Of a stretch of 64,000 nt of DNA, positions 46,206 through 57,229 are shown one piece after another. This DNA comes from Candidatus Latescibacterota bacterium (GTDB lineage Bacteria > Latescibacterota > UBA2968 > UBA8231). Where the stretch lies: contig CBDCXV010000010.1 of the NCBI GenBank assembly GCA_965223905.1, positions 1 through 64,000 of the forward strand. Direction: 5' to 3'. Under the pieces are notes generated by a model. That model saw only the letters and a list, made by a program, of their open reading frames with translations. It had not been told where the DNA came from and did no database searches. Numbering within the stretch: position 1 is the first letter of the stretch; each line of letters starts with the position of its first letter. The translations under genes and the position numbers were made by a program.

Positions 46206-46490
46206 TCATCCTGGTGGCGATTCGGGTCCATTGTGGCAGCGGTGGCCGCTGGCCATCTGCTCCTGCAGAACCCCTGCAAGGATGGCCAACGGAAGGGTGA
46301 ACTGCCCCGACCGGTCCGTGGCGGCCGCCAGCGGAGCGGCGCGCAGATCCGACAAATCGAACAGCAGCACCTGCGCGCCGGGCACCGGTGCGCCTGAGGG
46401 CAGCCGCACCCGGCCCTCGACGAGGGGCTCGGCCCCGCCATGCCCCCATGATCTTACCAGCCCGAGGATGCCGATGATGGCTGCTTTCAT
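46206..46490 (-). pseudogene. N-terminal fragment of a secreted protein (carboxypeptidase-regulatory-like domain)
   Basis: Signal-like start, then 'EGRVRLPSGAPVPGAQVLLFDL..TDRSGQFTL', then truncated. Confidence 0.45.
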
Positions 46491-46502
46491 ACCCTCAACT
46501 CC

Positions 46503-48664
46503 TTATGGGCTAGGTATCCCCATCGACCCCGTCCCCGGCTTGGGCGAATGGCGAACACCGGGACCCTCCGTCACCCCGAATCCACAACCAGGCCGCGGCG
46601 CGGGGCTGCCGCCAGCCGGTCTCCTCGACGTTGACCATTGCCTGTCGGCGAAGGAAGCGCTCGCCTCCTCTACCGGACCCGCCAGGGCCGCGGCCACTTC
46701 CGCAAACGAGCGTACCCTACCGGAACTGGGTCAGGCCACGTACAGGGTACCGACCCAGGAAGTCGTAGGTGCCGGAGGTGCCGAGGAACCCGTTGAAGAT
46801 CACCGCCGGCGGCTGATCGAACAGGTTGTTGACGCCCCACCCACCCACACGGAGCCTTCTTTCCCTTCCCACCGAATCAACGGTGCCGTTTTACTCCTCC
46901 ACCGTCAGTTCGATCTGGAGGCTCCGGGTCCCTTCGATATACAGACCGACCGCCGCCGCCGCCGAAACAGTGGGCGGCGAGCCATCGGGGGAAAAAAGTC
47001 CACTACCGAGTGGAGAAACTTCCTCCCCCTCAGGGAGAGGGGAGGGCTCGGAAAACGTCAGGCGCGCCTTCAGGACGAGGTTCTCGTCGGGTTTGTTCAG
47101 CCGGGCGAAGACCTCCTCCAGGGTCTCTTCGTCCTCGAACCCCCCGAATCCCCCACACCCCGAAATCCCCTTCGGTGTCGTCCGCCAGGCTGGCGGCGGA
47201 AGCCACCTCGAGCCGGTACCTACCCGGAGGAATCGTATCCGGCAGGGCGAGCTCCAGCTCGATTTTCCGGTCGTCGCGCCGGCCCACGCGCAGCGACGCG
47301 GAAATGGCCAGCGTACTTCCCAGACCGGCCACGGGGTCGGCGGTGACCTCCACCACCTGGGCGAAGCCAGGCTCCGGGATCATTTCGATGCGGACCTCGG
47401 CGTCGCGGACCCGCAAGGCGTAGTCGTTCCTCATCATCAGCTCGGAAAGTACCAACGACAGGTCGCCCGAGGCAGCCCCGATCAGGGAGAAAAGCCTTCC
47501 ATCCGGCCCCGCGTAGAGGCGGGTGCGGGAAAGCACCGAATCCCGTGCCGGCGAACGAGATATTCGTCGCGACGCGGAGACTGTGGTCCGGCTCGTCGTC
47601 GACCCGGGTGTACAGGGGTCTGAAAGAAGCATCGGTGGCGAGACTGAGCGTGGTGTACGAGTCGAGGCCGACCGTGGGCATCCGGTGCGTGAGTTCGAGC
47701 TCGCTCCCGGAAGGAAAGGGTGTACTGGGTCCGGATCGGTACCAGCTCCGGCTCCTCGTCGAGGAGGCCGCGGACCGCGGGCAACCGGTCTTCGGTTATG
47801 GTTCCGCGCACCGTCGGGTTCAAGGTCGCGAACTTGAAGGGAGCGGTGAGATTGGAAATTTCACCGAGCACCTTGGCTTCGATAATGGGAAGCTCGACCG
47901 GACCGAGGCTGTAGAAGGGATGCCCGAATCCGTATATCCGGTTTTCGTCGACGTAGGATATGGTTCCAATCGCCCCTCCGGTGATTTCACCGAGCAGCAG
48001 ACCGACGGCCAGCGGCCTGCCGGCCTCGAAGCTCTCCTAGCGCTCCTGGGTCAGACCCGCCGAAACCGCCTCACCCAGGGGAAAGGAACCCCCTCCGGGC
48101 GGCGGCTGCAGACCGTTGAGCCCCGTGCTCACCAGGGGGATCTCCAGGGGGGTGATACGGGCTTCCGTCCCACGTGGCCGCCGGTTTGGCCGCGGGCAGG
48201 GTTCCCTGCGAGCCGATCACCCATTCTATGGGGGTGGCGAAGAAGTAGTACGGCGGGCTGTCCTGGTAAGCGAAACCGTAGGCGATGGCGCCCAGGGTGC
48301 CCTGTTCGGAAAAGACGGGGGAGCCGCTCATGCCCTGGGCGATGCCCCCCAGCTGGATCAGCACCGGATCGGAAGATTCCACCATGATGACGGGCATGGG
48401 CGCGAGAAAATCGTCGACCACCTGGACGAAGGTCATCTCGAGGTCGGCGAGCTCGCCGTTGGCAAACTCCGTGGGCAGGAACAGGAGGGTGCCCGGGGGA
48501 AGGGCGCGGACCGAGTCGATCGGCACGACGGCGGAAAGATCCCAGGGCATCAGTTCCCCGCTGGGGCGCAAAACCTTTCTTTCCGGAGCCGCCGGTGGAG
48601 CGTCGTCGTCTCCACAGGACCAGAGGCAAATCCCGAGCGCGAGCAGGGCCAATCGAATCGTCAT
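46503..48664 (-). pseudogene. Lipoprotein with a SpoIVB/peptidase S55-like domain and several frameshifts
   Basis: Lipobox 'LWSC' and 'GGIAQGMSGSPV..GAIAYG'; continues through ORFs 47482..47871 and 47030..47632 in other frames. Confidence 0.65.
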
Positions 48665-49100
48665 GTGTGTTCTCCTTGTTCTCCAGGGCCTAATGGTGTT
48701 CTCCACGGCTCCAGCACGAATCGGTGGCGCTTCATCGGATGGAGACTATGATGGGGTCTTTCTGTCCTGACTCCTCCCCGTATTCCAGCCCCATGTAGAA
48801 ACCGCTGTCCCGAGCGCACGTAGCGCCTGTCAGCAAGACACCGGCCGATAGCAATTGAATACCTGTCATGGCGGTTGGGGTTTTCGCTGTTTTGATGGGG
48901 AATTGTATACCATCCACCCACGGCCCTGAGCGCAGGCCGCAGGGATGCAACGGGCCGGGGGATGCCGTCTCGGGGAGGGAAGGGGCAAGCCCCCATCACA
49001 CCCACTGTAATTTTGAACTGGCCTTCAACAGGCTGGATTTGTCCAGCCTCCTCTTTTGCCCGGCGCCGTGATCGAGGCATGGCTCTCCCCCCCGGATACG

Positions 49101-49922
49101 TCAAGACCAGTTGACAAAATCCTGGTTTGCCAGGTCGTCTATGATGATCTCCACCGCACTGGCATCCACTGGCTCGAAGCCATCGAATGAATAATCCGGT
49201 ACCTGGATTCCCCTCCCTACCGTGTATCCAACTTTGAATGGCTGAAGCCAAGGAACTTTCTCCAGGGCCTCCTCATCTCGCCGACTGAACACCACGTGGT
49301 GCCGGGGCGATGCCCCCAGGATGGTTCCCGAATAGTCATCGTCCAGAATCCCCTCCTCCAGGGAATTGTCGGCGACTACTACGAGAGCACCCACCCCAAA
49401 CACATCAGCCAGCAGTGCTTCCATCGGGGGCGCTTTTTCGAATTCCAGCGTGAAGGTTCCCGTCTCCAGGTCGATTCCCCCTGAGCCGTACACGTAGGTG
49501 TAGTCCCCTTCTCCCGTGTCTGAAGTCCAGAACACAACGACCCGAGCGCTGTCGGGAAGGTCTTCCTCGGTTTCGTTGGTGATGGTTCCTGACACGGTGA
49601 ATCCGGCCCAGGTTATTTCGGATCTTATGGTGGTGTCCCCCATCGCCGTGTCCGGCATGGAGACCATGGTGGTGTCCATCACGGTCGAATCAAGCATAGT
49701 CGTGTCGATCATCGCGGTATCCGGCATTGCGTTGCCGGAATCTGGCATGGATTCCTTCTCCTCCATCATGCGCTTGCGGCCTTCACTGGTTCCGGCCACC
49801 GGCTCCGAGAAGGTTATGCTGCTGCTGATGCGCTTTCCGGCGGGTTCGCTCTTGACGGTGTTGCCCTTCTCCGAGCAGGACGTCCAGAGCAGAGCAGCGA
49901 AGAGGCACAGCGTGAACTTCAT
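49101..49922 (-). CDS. Hypothetical lipoprotein with DT(A/T)M pentapeptide repeats
   Basis: 'MKFTLCLFAALLWTSC' signal; 'PDTAMIDTTMLDSTVMDTTM'. Confidence 0.7.
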   Translation of the reverse strand: MKFTLCLFAALLWTSCSEKGNTVKSEPAGKRISSSITFSEPVAGTSEGRKRMMEEKESMPDSGNAMPDTAMIDTTMLDSTVMDTTMVSMPDTAMGDTTIRSEITWAGFTVSGTITNETEEDLPDSARVVVFWTSDTGEGDYTYVYGSGGIDLETGTFTLEFEKAPPMEALLADVFGVGALVVVADNSLEEGILDDDYSGTILGASPRHHVVFSRRDEEALEKVPWLQPFKVGYTVGRGIQVPDYSFDGFEPVDASAVEIIIDDLANQDFVNWS

Positions 49923-50229
49923 GATCTTCTCCTTCGTGGGATGGGCCTGGGCGGCCTTGCGGGCGATTTCGGAGCGCCGGTGAGGGCTCACCTTGGCGAC
50001 ACGGGCGGCCCTTGCCGCGGGGCGCTTCCGTCCTCCACGGCGCCGATGGCGGAGTCGACGATGAGCTTGGCGCTGTTCGAGTCGCGCCGGACGCTTCCTG
50101 ACGCCTGATGTTGTTTTAGAATCAACCAGTTTATTATAAGGAACTCTTCGTGACCTTTAAGTGATTTCCTGGGCAATGCAGATTATATTTTGGTGATAAT
50201 TGGGAGGCCCCCGTACCCACGGCCCGGCC

Positions 50230-50340
50230 AGCGGTTGAAGATCTCCAGCCGCACCGGACCCGGGCTTGCGAGCCGGTAGACGATCCGGGTGCTGCTGTTG
50301 AAGGGGTTGGGGTAGCTCCAGGCCGATGGCGGCCGGCTCC
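50230..50340 (-). pseudogene. Fragment of a FlgD/T9SS-like C-terminal domain
   Basis: 'SYPNPFNSSTRIVYRLASPGPVRLEIFN'. Confidence 0.6.
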
Positions 50341-50497
50341 CCCTGCAGGGAAACCGCCTTGGCCGCGTCCAGCCGTGCGCTGGCTCCCAAGGGAGACGCC
50401 CTCGCAACCCGTTTTCGGTTTTCTGTTTACCCCAGTTCCGAATTGACCGTATCATCAAGCACGATAATTTTCGGGCAGGCAGCTATTGCGTTAGACT

Positions 50498-50530
50498 AAA
50501 TGTACGCGAAATGTACGCGAAATTTACGCG
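50498..50530. promoter_or_regulatory. Three 11-bp direct repeats, candidate OmpR/PhoB-type binding sites
   Basis: AAATGTACGCG-AAATGTACGCG-AAATTTACGCG upstream of the hybrid kinase gene. Confidence 0.6.
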
Positions 50531-50728
50531 TGCATGTATGATTTTTTGATGATACTTTGGCGTTTCAGATGATATATTGGTGATTATCCGGGACCTGTGG
50601 CGGTCCCGTCCTCAAATCCGTCCCGGCTGGGCTTATTTTGCGGCCCGCAGGCCGGTACCCGCCTCGAGCCGGAGCCGGAGACCCCGGAAGAGGTTGACCG
50701 CCCGTTCCTACGGGCTATGGAGGGTGAA

Positions 50729-53113
50729 TTGAAGAGAGCCGACTCGCGCGACCAGGAGGAGATGGAGGCGTTGCGGGAGCGCCTGTCCCGGCTGAGCGAG
50801 GCCAGCCTGCGCATCAACGAGAGCCTGGACCCGGACACGGTGCTGCAGGAGGTGATGGACAGCGCCCGGTCCCTGACGGAGGCCCGCTACGGCGGGATTA
50901 CCACCTTCGACGACTCGGGCGGACTGCTGGACTTCATCACCTCCGGGGTACCTCCCGAAGAGTACCAGCGGACATTGAGCCTGACCCAGGGCGAGCGGCT
51001 GTTGGACTACCTCCGCTCGATTCGAGGCTCCCTGAGATTAGGGGACGTGGCCGGCCACATGCGGTCGCTGGGGTTTCCCGAGGACCACCCACCGGTCAAG
51101 ACCCTGCTGGGGGCGCCGATGCGCCACCGGGGCGAACACGTAGGCAATCTCTACCTGGCCGAGAAGGAGGGGGGCCGGCAGTTCACGCCCGCAGACGAGG
51201 AGATTCTGGTCCTGTTCGCCTCCCAGGCGGCGCTGGTCGTGGCCAACGCCCGCCGCTACCGGGACGAGCAGCGGGCCCGGGCCGACCTGGAGACCCTGAT
51301 CGACACCTCTCCGGTGGGCGTGGTGGTGTTCGACGCGAGGACGGGAGCGCCGGTGTCCTTCAACCGGGAGGCGAGACGCATCGTCGACCGCCTGCGGAAG
51401 CCGGACCAATCGACGCCGCAGCTCCTCGACGTCGTGACCGTTCGCCGCGCCGACGGGCGGGAGATCTCCCTGGAAGAGGTCTCCCTGGTCCAGGCGCTGA
51501 GCGTCGGGGAGACGGTGCGCGCCGAGCAGATCGTCTTCCAGGTGCCCGACGGACGGTCGGTCACCGCGCTGGTCAACGCCACGCCGATCCCCTCGGAGGA
51601 GGGCCGGGTCGAGTCCTTCGTCGTGACCCTGCAGGACCTGACCCAGCTTCAGGAGCTGGAGCGGCTGCAGGCCGAGTTCCTGAGCATGGTCAGCCACGAG
51701 TTGCGCCGGCCGCTGACCTCGATCCGGGGCTCGGCGAGCGCCCTGCTGGACGCCTCGGCCGACCTCGACCCGGCCGAGCTGCGCCAGTTCCACCGCATCA
51801 TCCTCGAGGAGTCCGACACCCTGCGCGAATTGATCGGCGAACTGCTCGACGTGGCGCGCATCGAGACGGGCACGCTGCCGGTCGCACCCGAACCCGCCGC
51901 GGTCGCCGATCTGGTGGACCGGGCCCGGAACACCTATCTGAGCGGAGGGGGCAGGAACCCCCTCGAAATCGACCTGGACGCGGATCTCCCCCTGGTGATG
52001 GCGGACCGGCGGCGCATCGCCCAGGTCATCGGCAACCTGCTGTCCAACGCGGCCGGGCACGCCCCGGAGTCGTCCGCCATCCGGGTGACCGCGGGGCGCC
52101 GGGACGTCCATGTCGCCGTCGCCGTCGCCGACCAGGGCCGGGGGATTGCCGCCGAGCGCCTGCCCCACCTGTTCCGCAAGTTCGCCCGGATCGACGGCCG
52201 GGACGGGGCGCGGGAGATCGACGGGTCGGGCCTGGGCCTGGGCATCTGCAAGGGGATCGTGGAAGCCCACGGGGGCCGCATCTGGGCCGAGAGCGACGGT
52301 CCCGGCCTGGGCGCGCGCTTCACCTTCACCCTGCCGGTCGTCGAAGAGGCCGCCGACGGGGCCTCGCCGCCTCCCGCGCGCTCGAGGAAGGCGGCGAGAA
52401 AGGCGGCCCGCATCCTCGTGGTCGACGACGACCCGCAGACGCTCGCGTTCGTGCGCCACGCGCTTACGGAGGCGGGCTTCGAGCCGATCGTGACCGCCGA
52501 CCCGGACCAGGCGCTTCCCCTCATGCAGAAGAACCGGCCCCACCTGGTCCTGCTCGACTTGGTGCTGCCCGGCTCCGACGGCATCGAGCTGATGAAGGAC
52601 CTTTTCGGCATCGCCGACCTGCCCATCATCTTCCTGTCCGGCTACGGCAGCGACCAGACCATTTCACGGGCCTTCGAGTCGGGGGCCACCGATTACATCG
52701 TCAAGCCCTTCTCGCCCACCGAGCTGGTGGCCCGGGTCCGGGCGGCCCTGCGCCGGCAGGGAGCCGGGACCGCGGCCGAGCCGACCGAACCCTATGTGCT
52801 GGGGGATCTGACCATCGACTACCCCAAACGCCGCGTCACCCTGGCCGGCCGTACCCTGAAGCTGACCGCTGGCGAATACGACCTGCTCTTCGAGCTGTCG
52901 GTCAACGCCGGACAGGTGGTCACCCACGACCAGCTGCTGAGAAGGGTATGGGGACCGACCCACTCCGGGGATTTGCGGGTGGTCCGCACCCTCGTCAGAA
53001 GACTCCGCCGCAAGCTGAAGGACGACGGGAACAACCCCACCTACCTCTTTTCCGAGCCGCGCGTCGGATACCGAATGCCCAAGGGGCAAGAACCGGATCC
53101 GGGGACGGAGTGA
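50729..53113 (+). CDS. Cytoplasmic hybrid sensor kinase/response regulator (GAF-PAS-HisKA-HATPase-REC-OmpR wHTH)
   Basis: 'VSHELRRPL', 'NLLSNA', 'GSGLGL', 'VVDDD..LLD..KPF', 'EPRVGYR'. TTG start after GGAGG is assumed. Confidence 0.92.
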   Translation: MKRADSRDQEEMEALRERLSRLSEASLRINESLDPDTVLQEVMDSARSLTEARYGGITTFDDSGGLLDFITSGVPPEEYQRTLSLTQGERLLDYLRSIRGSLRLGDVAGHMRSLGFPEDHPPVKTLLGAPMRHRGEHVGNLYLAEKEGGRQFTPADEEILVLFASQAALVVANARRYRDEQRARADLETLIDTSPVGVVVFDARTGAPVSFNREARRIVDRLRKPDQSTPQLLDVVTVRRADGREISLEEVSLVQALSVGETVRAEQIVFQVPDGRSVTALVNATPIPSEEGRVESFVVTLQDLTQLQELERLQAEFLSMVSHELRRPLTSIRGSASALLDASADLDPAELRQFHRIILEESDTLRELIGELLDVARIETGTLPVAPEPAAVADLVDRARNTYLSGGGRNPLEIDLDADLPLVMADRRRIAQVIGNLLSNAAGHAPESSAIRVTAGRRDVHVAVAVADQGRGIAAERLPHLFRKFARIDGRDGAREIDGSGLGLGICKGIVEAHGGRIWAESDGPGLGARFTFTLPVVEEAADGASPPPARSRKAARKAARILVVDDDPQTLAFVRHALTEAGFEPIVTADPDQALPLMQKNRPHLVLLDLVLPGSDGIELMKDLFGIADLPIIFLSGYGSDQTISRAFESGATDYIVKPFSPTELVARVRAALRRQGAGTAAEPTEPYVLGDLTIDYPKRRVTLAGRTLKLTAGEYDLLFELSVNAGQVVTHDQLLRRVWGPTHSGDLRVVRTLVRRLRRKLKDDGNNPTYLFSEPRVGYRMPKGQEPDPGTE

Positions 53114-54581
53114 CCGCGGGAGAGGGGGGGGGTAAGCATGATAACGGCTTTGCTCATCTTTGCCGCGGCGGGCTTGGCGGCCGCCGAATCACCGTACTTC
53201 GAGAGCGGGGACACGCGCCTGTCGTGGTCTCCGCAGGGAGACCGCCTGGTGTATGTTGCCGAGGGGGAGCTGGTGGTGGTGGACGCGTACAGCCGACAGG
53301 CCACCCCCCTCGGGCCCGGGTATGATCCGACGTGGTCCCCGGTCGGCGACCGGATTCTGTTCACCCACCTGGACGAGGCGTCTTCCTACAAGACGTTTAT
53401 CGTGCAGGCGGACGGCTCCGGCCGGCGACGGGTTGGGGATGGATGCGCGGTGGGCTGGTCGCCGTCCGGAGACCGTTATGCCTATTGGAGGCGCGTGTAC
53501 TTTGATGAATGGAAAACAGGGAAGAATCAGGTTGAGCAGGTGCCGGTGATTTTCATCGAAGATGCCCGGGACGGATATTCCCGCGGCCTGATTCCTCTCG
53601 GCTACCTCGACTTCCAGGTGGCCGACTGGTGGTCGATCGGAATTGTCTACTACTCCGTAAGTGGGTGGGCCATACGATCGTCACAATACCGGTACGCGTC
53701 TATTGTGAATCCAGACATGTGGGATCCATCCAAATGGGCCCTGGAGGAACGCCGACACCGGGGCTCGGGTTGTCAACCCGGGACCCTGGCTTGGTCTGCG
53801 GCTGCTTCCCGGCTGGCGTGTTTCTACGTGCAACCCGAAGGCACGGACACATCACCGCCGGAGGGTTGGGTTCCCGAGCGCAGACTCAACGTGCGGGAGA
53901 TAGGTGGCGACTTTTGGGAAATCGGGGAAAACCTCAGAGGCTACCAGCTCTCGTGGTCTCCCGACGGCCAACGGCTGGCGTTTGACCTCTGGCTTGAAGA
54001 GGAGGACACCCGGGACATCTTCGTCGCCGAGGGCGAGAGGCTGGACCGGATCCGGCGCCTCACCTTCGAGAAAGGGTGCTGTCCCCACTGGAGCCCGGCC
54101 GGCGATCAGATCGCCTACTTCAGCAAAGGGTCTTTGAAGTTCGTGCAGCCAGATCAGCCTACCGGAGTCAGGGCGCTCAGCTGGGGCCAAATCAAAAACC
54201 AGCACCAATAAAACGGGGGCGGCTGCGGACAACGGCGTCGCCGCACTGGGCTGCAGCGCCTGACGGCACTGTGGGAAGGCGCTCAACAACGCATACGATA
54301 ACCTTGAAGCTGACCGCCCCCGAATACGACCTGCTCTTCGAGCTTTCCGTCAACGCCGGACAGGTGGTCACCCACGACCAGCTGCTGCGAAGGGTATGGG
54401 GACCGACCCACTCCAGGGATTTTCGGGTGGTCCGCACCCTCCTCAGGAGACTCCGCCGCAAGCTGAAGGACGACGGGAACAACCCCACCTACCTCTTTTC
54501 CGAGCCGCGCGTCGGCTACCGCATGCCCAAGGGACAAGAACCGGATCCGGGGACGGAGTGACCGCGGGAGGTGGGGGGGGT
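52853..54581 (+). repeat. 281-bp direct repeat (52853-53133 and 54301-54581) flanking the TolB-like gene
   Basis: Both copies encode the wHTH C-terminus and stop codon; about 16 mismatches by eye. Confidence 0.9.
53138..54211 (+). CDS. Secreted TolB-like (PD40 repeat) beta-propeller protein
   Basis: Signal peptide, repeated 'WSP.G', C-terminal 'PTGVRALSWGQIK'. Confidence 0.8.
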   Translation: MITALLIFAAAGLAAAESPYFESGDTRLSWSPQGDRLVYVAEGELVVVDAYSRQATPLGPGYDPTWSPVGDRILFTHLDEASSYKTFIVQADGSGRRRVGDGCAVGWSPSGDRYAYWRRVYFDEWKTGKNQVEQVPVIFIEDARDGYSRGLIPLGYLDFQVADWWSIGIVYYSVSGWAIRSSQYRYASIVNPDMWDPSKWALEERRHRGSGCQPGTLAWSAAASRLACFYVQPEGTDTSPPEGWVPERRLNVREIGGDFWEIGENLRGYQLSWSPDGQRLAFDLWLEEEDTRDIFVAEGERLDRIRRLTFEKGCCPHWSPAGDQIAYFSKGSLKFVQPDQPTGVRALSWGQIKNQHQ

Positions 54582-55021
54582 CGTCAATTCAACCCTCCAT
54601 CTCTTTCGACCGCGTTTCCATCCTCTTCCCAAATGAGGCTGCACCGGTCGGGCGGCAGCAGGCCCAAAGCCGGTGCTGATTTGAAGATAGGGCCGCCCCC
54701 CTGGAAGTCATTTGTTTGTCATCTGATATGGGGGAAATATCACCCTGAAATCATTCATACTTGAGTATATTGTGTATTTATCCAGTTACTCACTTTCTCC
54801 CTAAGACTAAGTTACCACATTTCCCCAAGCGCCAAGCCGGGACATAAGGCACCATTGGGGGTATCCATTTAACCGGAACTCCTGAACATGGGGGCAGCCT
54901 TACTCTTTGTTCAGTATAGACGTGCTCGTCCGGGGCCGTAAGTACCTTGAGGGCCGGAAAAGGAGTGCCGCCATCGAGGAATTCCAGGCAAGGCCGGGGC
55001 ATTGCGGCCGAGGAGACCATC

Positions 55022-55270
55022 ATGAAGCGCCTGACAGCAGCCATCATTCTGGGGCTGGCCAGCCTCTTCTTGGCAGTGAACCCCGCCGTTGCCCAGGACG
55101 ACGCGAGGGTAACGGCCAGTGACGTGGTAGACCGGGAATCCTTGAAAGCCTTCGTGCTGGAGGCGAGGGAGTACCTGGATAGCTTCGAGACCCTTTCCGG
55201 GTACCGGGACGCCTTGGAGAGCTTCAGGGCCGGCGGGGATTGGAAGCAGGGCTCCGTCTACCTCTTAACC
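55022..55270 (+). pseudogene. Truncated secreted Cache-domain-like protein
   Basis: Signal peptide plus 'TASDVVDRESLKAFV..GDWKQGSVYL', then unrelated sequence. Confidence 0.5.
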
Positions 55271-55274
55271 GGAC

Positions 55275-55600
55275 TGCTGAAACACCAAGCCAAACTCTCG
55301 GGGTGCTTCGGAAATTTCAAGTCTTCCCGAGATGACTTCAGCGGTCATTGCGTCACAATACTCGGTGACCAGTTGAATCTCCTTTGAGGCGATGCTGGAT
55401 GACTGAGTCAGTTCTGTCCAAAAAAAGGCAATTTCAATCTGGCTTTTCCTTTGTGGGAAGGGGGGGACGACAGAGAATACACATCCTTCCGGGCTAAGCC
55501 GGGAATGTCGCCCCGCCCAAGGGAGGAAAGATTTTGATTTCGCAGCATCCAGTAGAGAAAGCGGGGGATGTATGCCATTTGGTTCAACGAAATAAAAAGG
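55275..55600 (-). pseudogene. Degraded type I R-M specificity subunit (HsdS) C-terminal fragment
   Basis: 'PRFLYWMLRNQNLSSLGRGDIPGLARKDVY' and 'KEIQLVTEYCDAMTAEVISGRLEI' resemble the conserved HsdS region. Confidence 0.45.
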
Positions 55601-56044
55601 GAATTCTGGAGTATTCCATTTAAGCGGACTCCTTTAACCCCCCCGCTCTTGCAGCCGTGGTATGATGTTCTATCGCGTGCTCGAGCTGGCTGTCGGCCAC
55701 GCCCCGGTGCGCTATCTGGATCTCGTCGCCGGCCGGCGCCCCAGAAAGGTGCCACCAGCGCCGCTGGCTCAACGTGGACGCCCGGGGAGCTCGGAACGTC
55801 CGGCGGCGAACCGACCGTAGCGGGCTATCAAGAGTAGGTCCAGTTAAATGGATACCCCCAAACCCCCAACCCCCAAGGGAATTATATACGTGAGTAGACA
55901 CGAACGCTGCTGGCCGCTTCTGCTAGTTCTGACAGTCTGGATGGTCAGCTTCGCCACGTCCTCGGGGAAGAACCCGAGGACAGCCGGGGCCGTTCTTTCT
56001 CGGAGGCAAGGGACCGCGACGCCTTCAGCCAAGAAGAAGGCGTA

Positions 56045-56999
56045 GTGAAACTAACCCCCGGCATCGCTCTTATTGGCGGTTTGCTGTCCGCCTGCCAATC
56101 CTTATCTCCGCTCAGCCCTGAGCAAATCGAGCTGGCACGGCAGTTTCTAGACGACTTGGAAGCGGCCAACGAAACCGCTACCAACCCCTCAGGCAATCCC
56201 GCTCCAGCCGGCAAGTTCAACATCAAGCTGGTCTACACGGTGGACATCTTCCAACAGCGGCACAAGGATCTCATCCGGGAAGCGGCAGACCGTTGGGAGA
56301 GCGTTATCGTCGGCGACCTGCCCGACCAGCCCTACTCCGTGAACGATCCCTTGGTCCTCCCCGACTATCGACATTGGTGGATCAACGAGCATTCCGGCCA
56401 GAGAAGGTACAGAATTACCGAGCCCATTGACGACATCGTGATTTACATCGGCCAAGTAGAAGCAGCCGACGAAGACACACATTATGGATGGGGAGGGGCT
56501 TCTCTCTTGCGTCCAGTATTGGCGCGGTTTGCCGATTGTGGGTGCGGTCCTGTTCAGCCAGAAACACTTGGGCCACGAGCTATTCTACACCACCGCGTTA
56601 CACGAGATCGGTCACGCCTTGAGATTCGGCACCATCTGGAAAGATCATGGTCAAATAGGCGGCTACCAGAGTCCGTATTTCCGGGGAGAGAATGCCCGGG
56701 CGGCCTTCAACTCAGTGGGAGGGGACAGGTTTACCGGAAGCAAGGTGCCAGCGGAAGTCCCGCCGCATGAAGGCCATTGGCGGGAATCTGTATTCGGCGA
56801 TGAGCTTATGACCCATTTCGTCATAACCAGCGACCAAGAGCCGCTAAGCCTCGTTACAGTGCAGTCTCTGGCCGACTTGGGCTACGAGGTAGACGCCGGG
56901 CAAGCAGAGCCCTACACCCTCCCTACGGCGGCCAGCAAGCCCGTAGCCTCTGTCGGGCTACGGTGCAGGGCCATTCAAATAGGAGCGGAACAGCTATGA
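56045..56999 (+). CDS. Leishmanolysin (M8)-like zinc metalloprotease lipoprotein, frameshifted near 56500
   Basis: Lipobox 'LSAC', 'AADRWESVIVGD', 'HEIGHAL', 'GHWRESVFGDELMT', 'SLADLGY'. Confidence 0.78.
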
Positions 57000-57229
57000 A
57001 CAAGCCCGACCGGGAGCACATTTTCTCCCTCCTGTGCGAGATCGAATCGATCCTTGAGCAGGAAGTCAAAACGCTGGAACTCGACCTGAAACCGGGCCTG
57101 AAAACGCGGCTCGCTTTCCGGAGATCCGACCTGAAACTGGTGCGATCTCTCAAGCGCGGGAGGAACAACCAGTTCGGATTCCTGTTTCCCCGGGAGCGAG
57201 AAATTCAGGAGAATAGGAGGGAAGGGTAG
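56996..57229 (+). CDS. Hypothetical protein
   Basis: ATG overlaps the protease stop and follows AGGAG. Confidence 0.45.
   Translation: MNKPDREHIFSLLCEIESILEQEVKTLELDLKPGLKTRLAFRRSDLKLVRSLKRGRNNQFGFLFPREREIQENRREG

Larger units (their letters stand above)
54855..55861. mobile_element. Non-autonomous IS1595-like segment bounded by 19-bp inverted repeats
   Basis: TTGGGGGTATCCATTTAAC at 54855-54873 and its reverse complement at 55843-55861; a third degenerate end near 55608; transposase tail 'RGMMFYRVLELAVGHAPVRYLDLV' at about 55655-55730. Confidence 0.6.

Noticed and set aside
45243-50500. Integron with attC cassettes
   Set aside because: The recombinase is Cre-like with no evident IntI-specific insertion, and no repeated attC sites were seen.
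52853-54581. DGR template/variable repeat pair
   Set aside because: Mismatches are not restricted to adenines and there is no reverse transcriptase in the window.
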